This document shows, piece after piece, positions 1 through 13,074 of a stretch of 64,000 nt of DNA. The stretch is from Torpedo marmorata (taxonomy: Eukaryota): assembly GCA_977017645.1 (NCBI GenBank), contig OZ360227.1, positions 16,864,001 to 16,928,000 on the forward strand, read 5' to 3'. The notes under the pieces are model-generated. The model worked only from the letters and a program-made list of their open reading frames with translations. It did no database searches and was not told where the DNA came from. Both the position numbers and the translations under genes were made by a program. How positions within the stretch are numbered: position 1 is the stretch's first letter; each line of letters starts with the position of its first letter.

Positions 1-268
1 AGTTCCTCCGGCATTTCTGTGTTTTGGCAACATGACGTCCCTGCTCTTAGACTCCATACCATGGCTGAAGGCGAGCATCGTCCAGGCCTTCCTCACTCCC
101 CCATATACCTGCTCTGCCGCCTTCAGGAATCCCTGGACTTGCCAAGAAGTCAGATGCGATGATCATTGCCTTTTGACAAGTCTTTTTGCTGATTGGATTA
201 TAATGTTACAATCTGAATTGTATCAACTCCACCACAAGACACTGTTACTCTCCTCTGCCCCTCCCTAG

Positions 269-454
269 ATGCACCGGCCATTCTACGAGTCCCTCTTTGC
301 CTTAGCCTACAGTCCCCGCTCCTTGCAACACCTGTGTCGGTTCGCGGTCCGGAAGCTGTTTGGAAACCAGTGCTCCATCCTCATCCCCAGGCTATCGATC
401 CCAAAAAGCCTACGTGGATACCTACTCTTGGACCCGGAGGGACTGGTGTATTAA
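269..454 (+). CDS. ASB18: Terminal coding exon of an ankyrin repeat and SOCS box protein (SOCS box); the rest of the gene is upstream of the window
   Basis: Polypyrimidine tract and AG acceptor at 267-268. Translation [32 protein letters not shown]...[10 protein letters not shown] is a SOCS box closely resembling the ASB18 C-terminus. Position upstream of and co-oriented with GBX2 matches known synteny. Confidence 0.88.
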   Translation: MHRPFYESLFALAYSPRSLQHLCRFAVRKLFGNQCSILIPRLSIPKSLRGYLLLDPEGLVY

Positions 455-2620
455 TCTCTCCGAAGTAAACACTGCGAGACCCTTCCGGAGACTGCAGCCC
501 TGGATGAGTTGTTGTATCGGAAAGGGCTGCTGGGCTTGCGGTTGTACTGTCTGAACTCTTGAGGACAATCTCTTTCAACGATGAAAGGAGTAAACGTGCT
601 GATGGAAAGAAACTCTTGTGGGAAGAGTCCAGAATGTTGAAGTTAAGCTTTGGGGAGAATGTGCCTGAGGTATCTCCCACACCTCCCTCGCACCCTGCAT
701 CTAGCAGGGAACAGTTCGCTGAGGTCACTTGTTGGAGAGGAACATGACGTTAAACAGCAGCGATGTCAATGTTACAGGTGGAGATCCTAGTCGTGCATGC
801 ACTGTATGCTATATAACACGTGTATAATTGCGCTTGCGCGTTTGTGAGCCGTCAAAGCATCAATGTTGAAAAGAGTTTCCAAGCGTATTTTTTTAAGATG
901 AAGACCTTCGAAAGATCGACTCACACATCAGAAGAAACGTGGAACGTTGTATTCTGTGATTACAAAGACCATAAGATTTTAACCCATAAGAAAAATGAAA
1001 GACGGATCTCATTTTATCTCCCTGTTTCTGAGCTCGGCTGATCATTTCAAAGTTGCCCTTAATCTGAGGGGATCTCTCTCTCTCTCTCTCTCTTCCCACC
1101 CCCCCCCCCCCCCCCACCAGTGGCAATTGTGTCCTCGCTGCTTGTTCAGTGGTCTGGGTGCCGAATGCCCTGCGCCCTGAAGGGGGCGATGATGCCACAG
1201 CATTGACATTCAGAACCCGCTGACCACTGGACAAGTTGTCTCCTGGGGGAGAAGACCATTGTGAGTGTATTGAGCCCACCAGCGCCCCGTTATCCACAAC
1301 GTTAGAGAAAACACCTTTGCAGGAACTGAAGAGTTCTTTCGGTCTTGTCACATTGCAATGACCTGTCCGCATTCCTTGGAACAAAACTCAATCTCACAAC
1401 ACTTGCAACCTATGTTTGTCCCAAACAGCTCTACCTCATAGCAGCTGGGAGATAAGGATGGTTCCCGTTAGATGGGGATATTGAAAGAATTAGAAGATGG
1501 TGGGTGTCTCGCAACCACAGATTCGCAATACCATTTCACTTCTGTACTATTCAGACATTAGAGAGAGCACATTAGGATAAAGCAAAGGCAGGGGTGTTCG
1601 AATTCGACCCTGGGTTTGTTATATTTCAAGCACGGGTGCCGCAAACTTGACTCGCACGACATACAGGGGAAGATGCCATTCGAGAAACCGTCCGGGCGTC
1701 TCCTGAAAATAAGAATTGATTCTACTTTAAGGCATGTGACAGGTATTCCGGCGAAACGTCCCCCCACCCCGACCCCTCACGTTCAGGAGTATTCCCTGAT
1801 CGCTGAGTGCCCCGCTCCAGAAGAAATCCTTCCTGCTCATCTTCCTATTCGCTTGATCATCAGTTTTGTCCTTTATGTTTATTCCCCTTTTTCAGGGTTT
1901 CCGGTAAAGACACTATGCATACTCCCCAAAATAGGCCTGAACAAATAGACCAACAAAAGAAGGGGATATGTTAACTAGACAATATGTTTAATTGGTACAG
2001 GGATTTACTAATGATACTAATGTATATATATTTTTTAGAAATCTATTTTGTCATCACAATCTCGTCTTTCTAATAACATTTAACATACCAAGCAAGAGAC
2101 AAAACACTTTGTCAATTTAAAATCCATTAGCATTAATATAACATTTTCTTATTATGCGGAATATAGCAAATTACAAATATTTTGAGAGAGAAATTTTGAT
2201 GAGAAAAAAAGCATATTCTCCTTGAACATTTTATAATGTTATCATAAATCATTAAGACTCCAGTTCTTATATTGATGCGTTTGGGGTAATGATTTACAAT
2301 TTCAAAAGTGTCTGGTATACTATTTGTCTAATGACTGTGCGATTAAATTCACTTTTTAAATGACCCATGACTCATTTCGTGGTAATATATCGAGTCTATG
2401 TGTTTCAATCCGTCAAATGTAATTGAATAACACTGCATTTAAAATGTCTCGGCCTGATTGTGCCACAGCTTTTAAAAAGGTAATGCTCAACTTGGGAGTT
2501 TGTACTATATTCTGCTGAAAACTTGAATTAATTCGCGTGTGATATAAATCGACCATCTAGTGTGCGGTGGCGACGGGGTGAAGCAGTTGCAACACTCCAA
2601 TGGGACAATGGTCTTGGTGC

Positions 2621-2724
2621 TGGGAGATGGGAGATGGGAGATGGGAGATGGGAGATGGGAGATGGGAGATGGGAGATGGGAGATGGGAGATGGGAGATGG
2701 GAGATGGGAGATGGGAGATGGGAG
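2621..2724. repeat. (GGGAGAT)n heptamer microsatellite, about 14-15 copies
   Basis: Perfect tandem array visible directly; explains the spurious GDGRWEM and HLPSPIS ORFs. Confidence 0.97.
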
Positions 2725-5635
2725 GCAGTTGGTAGACGAAGGGGAATGGGTGGGGCATCTTCATAAACGTGGGCGACTGTTCCCAAGCAATAATGCACGA
2801 AGAGTGCGTCAGGTAATAGCAGTCACGACCCCATTCTACACGTTGTGTTGGTTCCTCTGTCACGTGTGGCCTAAGTCCTAAAACAAAGGTCAGGAGCCCG
2901 TAATGTATTTCGTGACTTGCCCTTGGGAAGGTGAACTCCTTCACCCGAACGCACCACATGGAGAGCCCCCGAATTCCACAAGGAGAGAACTCCTACTGAC
3001 ATTATCTTTTTTGCCTATCAACAGCACAATCTCAAAGGCTTTTCCCCTTCTCCCACTCTGGGGAATGGCCGTTTGTAATGCCCGTACTCGCCCACGTGTC
3101 CCATTTGAAAGCCGCGCTCTAATCCTCGAGTTTCCACCTCTAGGCCCGTTTTATTGTTGTCCTGGGCAATCTAATCCAATAGTCCCATGCTGACGGGGAG
3201 TTGTGGTATTCTCACTGCTCGAGGGTTTAGGCTCAGAGTTTCCGTCTTCCATTGACGGAAGGTATTTTTAAAATAAACTAGATTGCTCTTCAAAAGTATA
3301 TTTGTTTTTGGTGAAGATGGACCGTCGTAATGAACCGGAAATGCCCGTATCTTTGGGGTTTTTTTGTGCAGCGGCCGGAGTCGCTCCCTCGGCATGAAGG
3401 GATGGCTTGTTCTACTCCATTTCTGTGTGTTCTGTGACAGGCGAGGCCAGTGTGGGGACCCCAGGCGGGGTAGAGGTTGCAGGAGGACGGGTGGGCAGTT
3501 TGTTAGCAGTAGGCTCCTCTGTCACATTGCAACATTGAGCCCAAGCCCCTCCTGTCGTCGTAACAGGTAGCTGTCCAAGAGGAGAGAACATGGTAGGGGT
3601 TGGACGAGTTGTTTTATTCTACTTCAAAATAAACTTATTTGGCAATAATATAGAGATATATATATATATATTCATACATACATACTGTATATGTATGTAC
3701 ATTTATATATATATATAAATGTAAATATATATACATACATATATATGGTACAAGATCTTTTCCCATTCACAGTGTCATATTCCTTTGTACGTGCTGTTAT
3801 TGTACCGTTAATCATTTGTAGCACCATTGCCACCGATGTGCCCCCCGTTACTCCGATTTGTCATATGACCCGGACCCGAAAGGGTTAATGCGTTCATGTA
3901 TTAAGCTGTGAAAATGGGACTCCTTTTCCCAGAACTAACCAAGACCTCTCAGTGAGCGTGAGTACCGAAATCCGCTGCACGATTTTCGAAGGGGATATTC
4001 GCGTTTGAGGCTGATAGTGATTTTATTCAGCAATATCGCCGCGTTTTTTTAAAAAAGATAGCGCTTCCCCCCAAATCTACACTATCGATTTATGCCAAAA
4101 AACTGAAATATGTGAAATACATTTGCTAAATAGCGCGCAACATTTAACATCGCCCCATCAGCGTGCTCCTGCGCTCTGTTGTAAAATTGGACAATTAGTG
4201 GAAGTACTCATGTTTGCGAACTGCTTGTATTTTATGGGATGTTTTGATCGATTGGCGTGGGTTTTATTCCTCGGTCCACCCCCCCACCCCCCACCCCCAC
4301 CCCCTCTTTACATCTGAATGCTGGACATGTTTTCGAGGGATCCGTTCAGACTGTAACGAATGTAATTGTTTTTGCAATTCGCTGATTACAGGGGGTCGGG
4401 GATGGAATTTGTTTGATCAAGACTCAGCCTGGATCCTGCAGATGGTTTGCAGATGTTTACGTGTGTTGAATTCACAGCAGCCGCACTATCCCGGACAACT
4501 TTGTTACATTTTAATAGCCACTCTAATAGCTTTCGGATTTTTTTCACAAGTATTGTTTTTAAACCTAATAGATCTTTTCCTTTATAATGCTGGTGTGGAC
4601 AACTTTACCGTTTATTGCCATGTATTACTAAGGACTTTTTAAATGGATGGGTGCGCCCACTCACGCATAAAAGTGGGACAAGCTCCTCACCAGGAAGAAA
4701 ACATCTGCAAACTAAGTGTGTGTGCAGACAGCACATCTGTTCACAACATCTGTCCCCACATAGACACAGGCACGAGACTCAAACGCTGTAAAATATCGGC
4801 GTTGTGATTTAAACTGGAATAAATCTAAAAGTTAAATATTGTCCATTTGTTAAGAGGTCCCTGTACTTTGGTGCAATGTAATGTTACTCGGTTTCATTAA
4901 AGGATAATATTTTATATTAGTTTTGACACTTCAAAATCCGATGTATGTTATTTATTACTTTAAATATATATTTTATTCATAAAAACATCTATGCAGAAAA
5001 TACAATACAATCAACCAGTACATGCATTTGAGCAAACAAAGAGAATGGGGGGACGCTGCGGGCCAGGCAGCATCTATGGAGGGAAATGGTCAGTCAACAT
5101 TCTGTGTCATTCAACCAATTAAGAGAAATGTCTCCGCTTCAGCTCGTGTTATTCTGAATTGTGGTTATAAAAACATCAGATCGTGAGCCAAAGCCAAGTC
5201 GGCTGCATTGCTTTAAAATAGATAAATGGACAGTTTCAACAAGTGTGCGGCGCACCACGTTGTCAGCTGCATTATAAATGTTCTTTCTTTAGCGTGGATC
5301 TTGATACGCCGCCGTCTCCGGAATTTCGGTATTCCCCAGAACTTCACCTGGCAGTTCGTCCCTTGACAGCTGTTTGTAGAATTAGCATAGTTCTGATCTT
5401 TAGAAACAATGAACTGTTGAAATTACGAAAAGGAAACCCACAATTTCAAACCAGATTAAAGGTTTCAATTGACACATGAAACCCAGGGGAGAGATAAACG
5501 GGTCGGGCCCGGCGCGACCCTCACCGATAATCCACAATTTTTACAGTATGGTTTTGTTTGTCAAAGTTAAGCGATTGCTCGAAATGGAGACTAAGAACGC
5601 ATGGAAACAGTTTATTTTACTTTATGTATCTTTTT

Positions 5636-5776
5636 NNNNNNNNNNNNNNNNNNNNNNNNNNNNNNNNNNNNNNNNNNNNNNNNNNNNNNNNNNNNNNNNN
5701 NNNNNNNNNNNNNNNNNNNNNNNNNNNNNNNNNNNNNNNNNNNNNNNNNNNNNNNNNNNNNNNNNNNNNNNNNNNN
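5636..5776. other. Assembly gap (N run)
   Basis: Run of N. Confidence 1.
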
Positions 5777-7032
5777 CCTCATTTTATGGTTTGCTGGTTT
5801 TGTAATCGCGCCAATTTCTCACTTAAATCAGAGGCTGCGTGATTTGCAATAATCGATTTAATGATTTCTTCCTCCCAATCGGCAGAGATCGCTAATTAGT
5901 TCGACTGTTGAGTTTTCTAATTGAACTGAAACAGCCGAATGGGTCAGTCCGCAATGAATCTCCAGGGCACGCACCGAAGTTTCCTTCATAAATTTAGTTA
6001 GTAAAAAGACACTTAAAACCACGATCATTTTATTTTGTTTGGCAAAAACGGGGTTCGGGGTGTCGGTCAGAGATGACGGGGGGAGTTTGTATTCCACGTC
6101 CGTCCTGGGACAAGGCGCGGGCGGTGGATTCAAACCGGATTTCAGAGCCAGAATGGGCTCGATGTTTGATCGCCCCGGTCCATCCACATCTCGGAATCAT
6201 GTTTTGATTTTTTTTCCAATTATTTTCACATTCGAGGCTCCCCACTCCCCTGCTCTCGCCTTTATAATGTTACAGGCACTCCGTATCCCAAACTACAATT
6301 GTCCCTTTGCGTCAATCTCGGAGTTCCCGCGATTTCCCGTCTTTCCGCAGATGAGCTGACCTTCAGTCAACAGCTCTCATCCAGAATCGGTTCGGTTACT
6401 TCTGATTCACCACGTATTTTGGAAGGAGAGGCCTGGCGTTCAATGTTATTCATTCGATTGTTTTACCGTTATTGGCAACAAAAAAAAAGTGTCAGATGAA
6501 GGACTTCCCCGACTGAAAATCCTTTGGAAACAGGTTCAGTCATACTTTTCACAAGGGATCCAGGAAAGGGGCAAGGAGGTGCATAGACCCGGTGAGCTGA
6601 TTGTCCTGCCGAGGTGGAAAGACATTATGTAACTTCTAGCGATATGAGGGAGAAGATTGATTTAACAAAAATCGCCAATTCAGCTTTTTTTTTCTCTCGT
6701 GTGGTAAATCAATGTATAATTGTTCAATTATAGTCTCGATAAAGGTCCCTACCCGAAACATTGACTGACCACTTCTCTTCGCGGATGCTGTGTGATCTGT
6801 TGAATTCCATCAGCACCAAATCGTTTGCTCAAGACTCCAGCATCAGCAGACTTAGTGTTCACGCTTATTGTGCATTGGTGTACGTTAAGTTCCTGCGTAG
6901 CTGCAGTCAGCAAGAGGAATTTCGGTGCATTGGTACATTGTATATTTGTGTGTGACAATGAACTCCTCATCATCAGAATAAACGTGTGTTCAATCCATTC
7001 TCACCACTAAACATAGAACTAACTAAATAAAT

Positions 7033-7145
7033 GACCTTGAAGAAGGGCTCAGGCCCCAAACGTCCTACGACGCTGCGTGACCTGCTGAGTTCCTCCAGCA
7101 TTTGTGAGTTTTTACTACAATCTGCAGACTTTCGTGTTTCACTCC
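7033..7145 (+). mobile_element. Penelope-like element 3' end fragment
   Basis: ccttgaagaagggctcaggccccaaacgtc...cctgctgagttcctccagca. The same tail follows the GIY-YIG-type coding remnant at 36.6-37.2 kb. Confidence 0.6.
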
Positions 7146-8489
7146 AAATGGAAGTAACTGCAGTTTTCCATTCCCTTCTGCGCTACAGTCGTGGCTGATG
7201 CGCCCCTGAACGAATAATCAAAACATTCATCCAAGTGAGCAGAGTGTGGATGAAACCGTTCACAGAGTTGGGGTGAGGGCCTTTCCAAAATGGGGCGGCA
7301 ACGAGAGAGGGGCCAAAAAAAAGCTGAGTTTGCGTTTTTCTTTCACAAGCTGGCACTTGCAAGAATGGATTGTGACAAAATAATGCAACGCCATAAGTAT
7401 TCTGTCAAGCCCCTGAATCTCACACTTTGACAACCATTCCGTCTGATCACTCCATGTTGTGAATTACCGAGAGTCTCCACCCCTGTGATTAGCGGCAGTC
7501 CCTTGATCACACCCGCTGGATCACCGGCCGGGAGAGGGGGAAGCCATCCCAAGAGAGGAGTGGAAAAGCGATTTAGTTTGGTTCATTTTCAGTCTCCGTT
7601 TCATTATTAACCGGCTGCTCTTCCTCCCATATATAAAGGCACGACATTTTATTTTTGAATTCACTGTTTGCAAAGACCTTTTGCGAATTTACTGATGTGC
7701 GTTTCCTGCATCTTGACCTTCTGATATTTTAGACCGGGTCTGATACTTTGCTTGCCCGCCAATATCTACTTCATTAATCACAGTTCAATGGGCTCGTGGC
7801 TCTGTGAAATTTCCTAAAGTGTGGCGCAGAAATCAATCACCAAGTAACGGAACAGATGGGATTTATGAAATGGTCTGATCTTGTCCCGCATTTCAGGTTT
7901 TGGATAAAATTGGATTTCACGCTGGCAGCACGAACGCATTGGTGACGCCAGAGTTTGAACGTTGTCATTACGCTGGGGAGAGGGGGCGAGTGAGGGGGAA
8001 GGGAGGTGGAGGGTTGACTTGCTTTCTTACATTCGAATCGGCCTTCCCTTGGGTCTCTAGAAAGAGTCCCACCCCGAGACGTTGACTATCGGTTTCTCCC
8101 CATGGATGCTGTCTGGCCTGCTGAGTCCTTCCAGCTTCTCGCTGTTCAACTCAAGAGTCCAGCGCCTGCCGATATTGTGTCTCCCTTTCTCCCTCCCTGT
8201 TCTCGGTCGTCCGACTGTTCTCTGAGATCGTTACTTCCTCTCCGCACTTTACTCCGTCAAATCCCTTCCATGTCACCGCTGTATCCCTTCCTAACTCATC
8301 GCCCTGCTGCCCATCCCGTTTTGCTCATCAGTCTTCATCGCTTCTTTCCCTGTTCAATCGTTCGATTTTTCATTCTACCTTCAGCTATATCCTCCGGCGA
8401 AAGAATCCGCCAAAATCACATAAAACGACCCACACACAAATATATATATATATATCCAGATATAAATCATATATATATATAGAAATGTC

Positions 8490-8524
<35 letters not shown>

Positions 8525-8553
8525 GTGTACATATATATAGTCATGTCGTTATG

Positions 8554-8721
8554 NNNNNNNNNNNNNNNNNNNNNNNNNNNNNNNNNNNNNNNNNNNNNNN
8601 NNNNNNNNNNNNNNNNNNNNNNNNNNNNNNNNNNNNNNNNNNNNNNNNNNNNNNNNNNNNNNNNNNNNNNNNNNNNNNNNNNNNNNNNNNNNNNNNNNNN
8701 NNNNNNNNNNNNNNNNNNNNN
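8554..8721. other. Assembly gap (N run) next to a (TA)n microsatellite
   Basis: Run of N preceded by (AT)n at about 8440-8540. Confidence 1.
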
Positions 8722-9774
8722 CTCTCTCAAATGAGCTCGGAGCTTGCACATTTATCTCTGTCATGTTTATTTTTTCACATCTTAAATCGGGATTGGATTG
8801 TGCAAAGCTAAATTACTTTTTTTTTTAAAAACACACCTGTTTGGGGTTACGTGTTTTGTTTTTCGCGTAATCCAGAAGGAAAAAATAAACTCCTTTACTC
8901 CGGGATCCTGGAGAAATTCGCAGTGCAAAGCGCAGCCCGTATCGATTTAACGCCATCGTGTTAGTGAGTTAACTCGTTTACATAATTGTTGGGCACTGAT
9001 TTCAAAGTTGGCCAGCGCCTGACTTGAAACCACATGGAGCCCTTTCTATCCTTCAGTTAAAAACTCAATGAATAAAAGTTTAACTCAGAGCTTCGGTGGG
9101 CCGCGCCTCGCAAATTAGTGTTGTCTGATGCCTTTACTTCACAACAAGCTCTTTGTAATCCCTATATTCCAGGACGCCGGGCCAATTCTTCCCTTTCAGC
9201 TCTGGCAATTGACAATTGTTTTTCTTTCTCCTAAATAAAATTATCCCAACGCATTTATTATTTCCCCAAGCGGCCGTCGACAAGGCCGCGAAAATACAGT
9301 GCTGATCCGAAAACAGCAGGTTGAAAATAACACTCTCTTGTGACACATGCACAGCCGGCTCCGGCTGCTGATCGCCTCTCTGCTCTGCTCCTCGGAGTTT
9401 CGGGGACTGAAGGAAATGTTCTGTAGCTGACAGAGAGCGGTCCCAGTCAAACACAAAGACCTGAAACCTCCATCATGGCGTATCTTCCTGGGCCAGGAGA
9501 TAATTAGGTAACACAACCATGCCAAAAGGTTCCAAAACTATTCAACCATTCGAATCTATAAAATTGATACTTCATGTTCATTAGTGTGATTTACGTATCC
9601 GTGTAGCTGCAGCAAGAATTTCCGTGCATTTGTGCATTGTACTGATGTGTATGACAATAAGCCTCTCAACGCACAGACTGAATTCCGCAGGGTCAATGAA
9701 GACCATTGACACTTAAAGGTGATACAGACCGTGGGTATGTGTCAGTTTAACGAGTCTTTATGCCTTCGTAACAT

Positions 9775-9993
9775 ATTTAATTTAATTTAGACATACAGCA
9801 CGGTAACAAACCCTCCCGGCCCACGAGCCCGTGCCACCCAAATACCCCAATTAACCTACGACCCCGGTACGTTTTGGAGGGTCGGAGGAAACCGGAGTAC
9901 CAGGAGGAAACCCACGCAGACACGGGGAGAACGTACGAACTCCTTACAGACAGCGCCTTATTGGAACCCGGGTCGCTATCGCTAACCGCGCCG
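9775..9993 (-). mobile_element. tRNA-derived V-SINE (HE1-like)
   Basis: Reverse complement of the V-domain motif gggtttcctcc..g.gctccggtttcctcc plus a CR1-like tail (gtgctgtatgtctaaatt); many copies in the window. Confidence 0.8.
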
Positions 9994-10071
9994 TCCGTCA
10001 CTCCACACAAATATGTAATGAATGAGATGGATCATTTTTGCTGTGGGGTCCATCAGCTAATTACAGAAAGG

Positions 10072-10073
<2 letters not shown>

Positions 10074-10120
<47 letters not shown>
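10074..10120. repeat. (TC)n microsatellite
   Basis: Direct inspection. Confidence 0.95.
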
Positions 10121-10123
<3 letters not shown>

Positions 10124-10759
10124 AAATTATGTATGAAAAGACTGGTGGAATTGCTTCCATTCGTCTGTCACAAAGAGTGGGTTGAAGTTTGCACAAGGAC
10201 CAAGCTTCAATCTCACCGTCACTTTTCTGTTTATCATAGACTGTGGGTTCAACCATGGACGGTTTGGAGTCACTCCAACCAACAGATGAGATGGGAGTTA
10301 ATTGTCATACACAGAAGTACAATGTACAGATGCACCGACATTCTTATTGCTGAAGCCACACAGGTACGTGCGATACTCGAACTACATCGGTGTAAATTAA
10401 ATTACCACAACATGCCAGGACAAAAGAGATATAAACATAAGTTGAATAAATATTCACAATTATAGCAAGACAATGATAATGTGTGTTGTAATATACATTG
10501 TACAATGTACATACTGTATGCACTGAAATTCTTACTTGCTGTAGCCGAACCGGTACCATAAAATAGTACAATATTAAACATGAAATCAAATTAAATAGAT
10601 ATAATAAATACAAACATACAAAATAATACTGTACCATAATAATAATAATATATCGTGGATCTGGTCAACATAATTTGGGGAAAATAAGCTACATTTAATT
10701 TATGTGAGATAAGTTGGGTGATGGGCAAATAAGGGGAAAGGTTTTAGAGCTAGCAGACA

Positions 10760-11100
10760 GGGGCGAGTCGATTGGCCTTCTATTGAGCCTTTAAAAGGCA
10801 TTTGCAGTGTTAAATTAAGGTGTTCAGAACAATTGCGTGATTTGCATTTTCTGGCGAAAGGTGCTAGTTTTCGTTCAGAGCGCGGAGATTAAAGTATTGA
10901 GGGAGGGGGAAGGGGGAGGCGAATGTCACACAATAAATGCAGCAGCTCAAGGTAATTGTGGGAGGGGCCCAAGGAGAAACACCACCTCCTTCCTCCTCCC
11001 GCTCGACCAATCGGCGGAGACGAGGCGGCGCCACGTGACGGAGGGAAGGGTTGCAAGTTTCAGGAAAATGTGAATGAGAGAGAGAGAGAGGGAAAAAAGC
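10760..11100 (+). promoter_or_regulatory. Probable GBX2 proximal promoter
   Basis: CpG-richer region 250-580 bp upstream of the ATG with CCAAT (11007-11011), inverted CCAAT (10771-10775) and E-box CACGTG (11032-11037). The TSS cannot be determined. Confidence 0.55.
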
Positions 11101-11343
11101 GGAGCGTAATTTGAAGCTTGTTGGATGCGACGCCTGGATGCGAAATCCCCCTAAACCAGAACCTATTCCACACTCGGATCTAGAAGGAGCGCCCCCGGAC
11201 CCCGGAGAGCGATGATATCCAGGCGAAATCGGAGCCTCGTACCATCGGGCAATTGACTTGCGCCTCGCACCTTGCCTGGGACTTGCTCAGCTCTTGCTGT
11301 CCTCCCTGCCCACTCACTCCGCACCCGGACACCCTTCGCTTGT

Positions 11344-11866
11344 ATGTGCGCCGACTTCAGCCCACTGACTGTGATGCAGCGCCCACTGGGATCCGGCACC
11401 GCTTTCAGCATAGACTCCCTCATAGGCACTAGTCCTCAACCCAGCCCCGGTCATTTCGTCTACACCGGTTACCCAATGTTCATGCCCTACCGACCGGTGG
11501 TCTTGCCTCCGCCTGCCCTCCCGCAATCTTCTCTGCAGCACAACCTCCACGCCGTGCCAAACCCTCACCACCATCACCAAGTCAGCAACCTGGCCGGCTC
11601 CCTGTCCAACGGATTCTGCACCAGTTTGGGACAGGGGATGGCGGTCACTACCTTCATGGCCGCATTGCCGGGTACCGGTGAAGGCAGCCGTAGCTTCCCG
11701 CCTTCACCCAACCAGGAACCGGCCAGGAAGTTCATGCAGGCTCTAGTGACTTTGGATAAGACCGAAGGTAGGGTCCAAACAGAGGGCGAAGAAACCAAGA
11801 CGTTTCTCTGCAAGGAGACCCCGACACTCTCGTTCCCGGTGTCTGAAGCGGTTCACGCGGTTATTG
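11344..11866 (+). CDS. GBX2: Homeobox protein GBX2, coding exon 1
   Basis: ATG at 11344 gives MCADFSPLTVMQRPLGSGTAFSIDSLIG (eh1-type motif)...GHFVYTGYPMFMPYRPVVLPPP, the characteristic GBX2 N-terminus. Ends at donor G|GTAAG (11867), phase 1. Confidence 0.96.
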
Positions 11867-12531
11867 GTAAGAAAATTTTTACTTTGCAACGCTGCATAGA
11901 ATTTATGAGCCAACATTTATTAATAATACAGCGACAAGAATGGGGAAAACCTCTGCGCGTTCGAAGAGTTCGACTTATTTTGTTCAATCCAGTGCATTAC
12001 AAAACGTTCCGACAGCATTCTTCTCCCTGGGTTTCATGCGCGAAACGGGGCCGTTCTTTGAAAAAAAAGTTGCACATTGTTATGCGCCTTTTACAGAAGT
12101 TACAATTGAAAGAGAGCGGCGCGCTGTTTCAGCGGTAATTTGCAAAATTAAAGAGAAATAAGGGATAAACAGTCTTTGGAAATTTTGCATCTCGCTCCGT
12201 GTTTATTAACATATTAACTGCGAATTTTGGATGGGCGTATATGAATTGTCGCGAACTTTTAAAATTCAGGCAATCATTTTGAACCATTTTATCAGTTCGT
12301 CTTTAATTCGTTCCTTTAAAAAAACGGTTGCAAATAGCTCTTCATTTTAAAATAGGCGAATGGATAAGTGAAAGTGATGAATAACAAAACAGAGCGTTCT
12401 GAAATTTAGAAAAATTACGTTTAAATAATTAGCTGTAATCTAATGAGGCGCATGGATTATTGATGCGTTTGAAATTTCACATTCTGTTGTATTTTTTTCT
12501 CTCTCTCTCTCTTCCCCCACCCCTTCTCCAG

Positions 12532-13058
12532 GTGCCGTCACCACCAGAGGACAGGAAAAACTTGAATCAAAAGCAGCAGAGGAAGATCCCAAAAGCAAAG
12601 ATGAGAGTTTTTCTATGGACAGTGATCTCGATTACAGTTCTGATGAGAATATCACATCGCAGGCGGTTCACAAGGGAGACGAGTCCGGCCTGGGTTTAGA
12701 GGAAAATATCCACCACAACACTACCCCAACGAACGCAGCGACCGGTAAAAACCGAAGAAGGAGAACAGCTTTCACCAGTGAACAACTTCTGGAACTGGAG
12801 AAGGAATTTCACTGCAAGAAATATCTGTCGCTGACCGAGAGATCCCAGATTGCTCACGCTCTCAAACTGAGCGAGGTGCAAGTCAAAATCTGGTTTCAGA
12901 ACAGGAGGGCGAAGTGGAAACGGGTGAAAGCGGGCAACGCTAACTCCAAATCCGGAGAGCCATCCCGAAATCCCAAAATCGTGGTGCCAATCCCAGTGCA
13001 CGTCAGCAGATTCGCCATCAGAAGCCAGCACCAACAATTGGAGCAACCGAGACCCTGA
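12532..13058 (+). CDS. GBX2: Homeobox protein GBX2, coding exon 2 (homeodomain)
   Basis: Pyrimidine tract and CAG acceptor ending 12531. The splice restores the frame ([10 protein letters not shown]...). Homeodomain [60 protein letters not shown] and C-terminus [17 protein letters not shown]. Spliced CDS is 1050 nt = 349 aa. Confidence 0.97.
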
Positions 13059-13074
13059 GACGAAACTTTGCAAC

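Noticed and set aside
2505-2959. ORFs with repeated GDGRWEM or HLPSPIS peptides
   Set aside because: They are translations of the (GGGAGAT)n microsatellite.
11272-12138. 288-aa ORF as a single-exon protein
   Set aside because: It starts at a non-ATG codon and reads through the donor at 11867 into the intron; the real CDS is 11344-11866 spliced to 12532.
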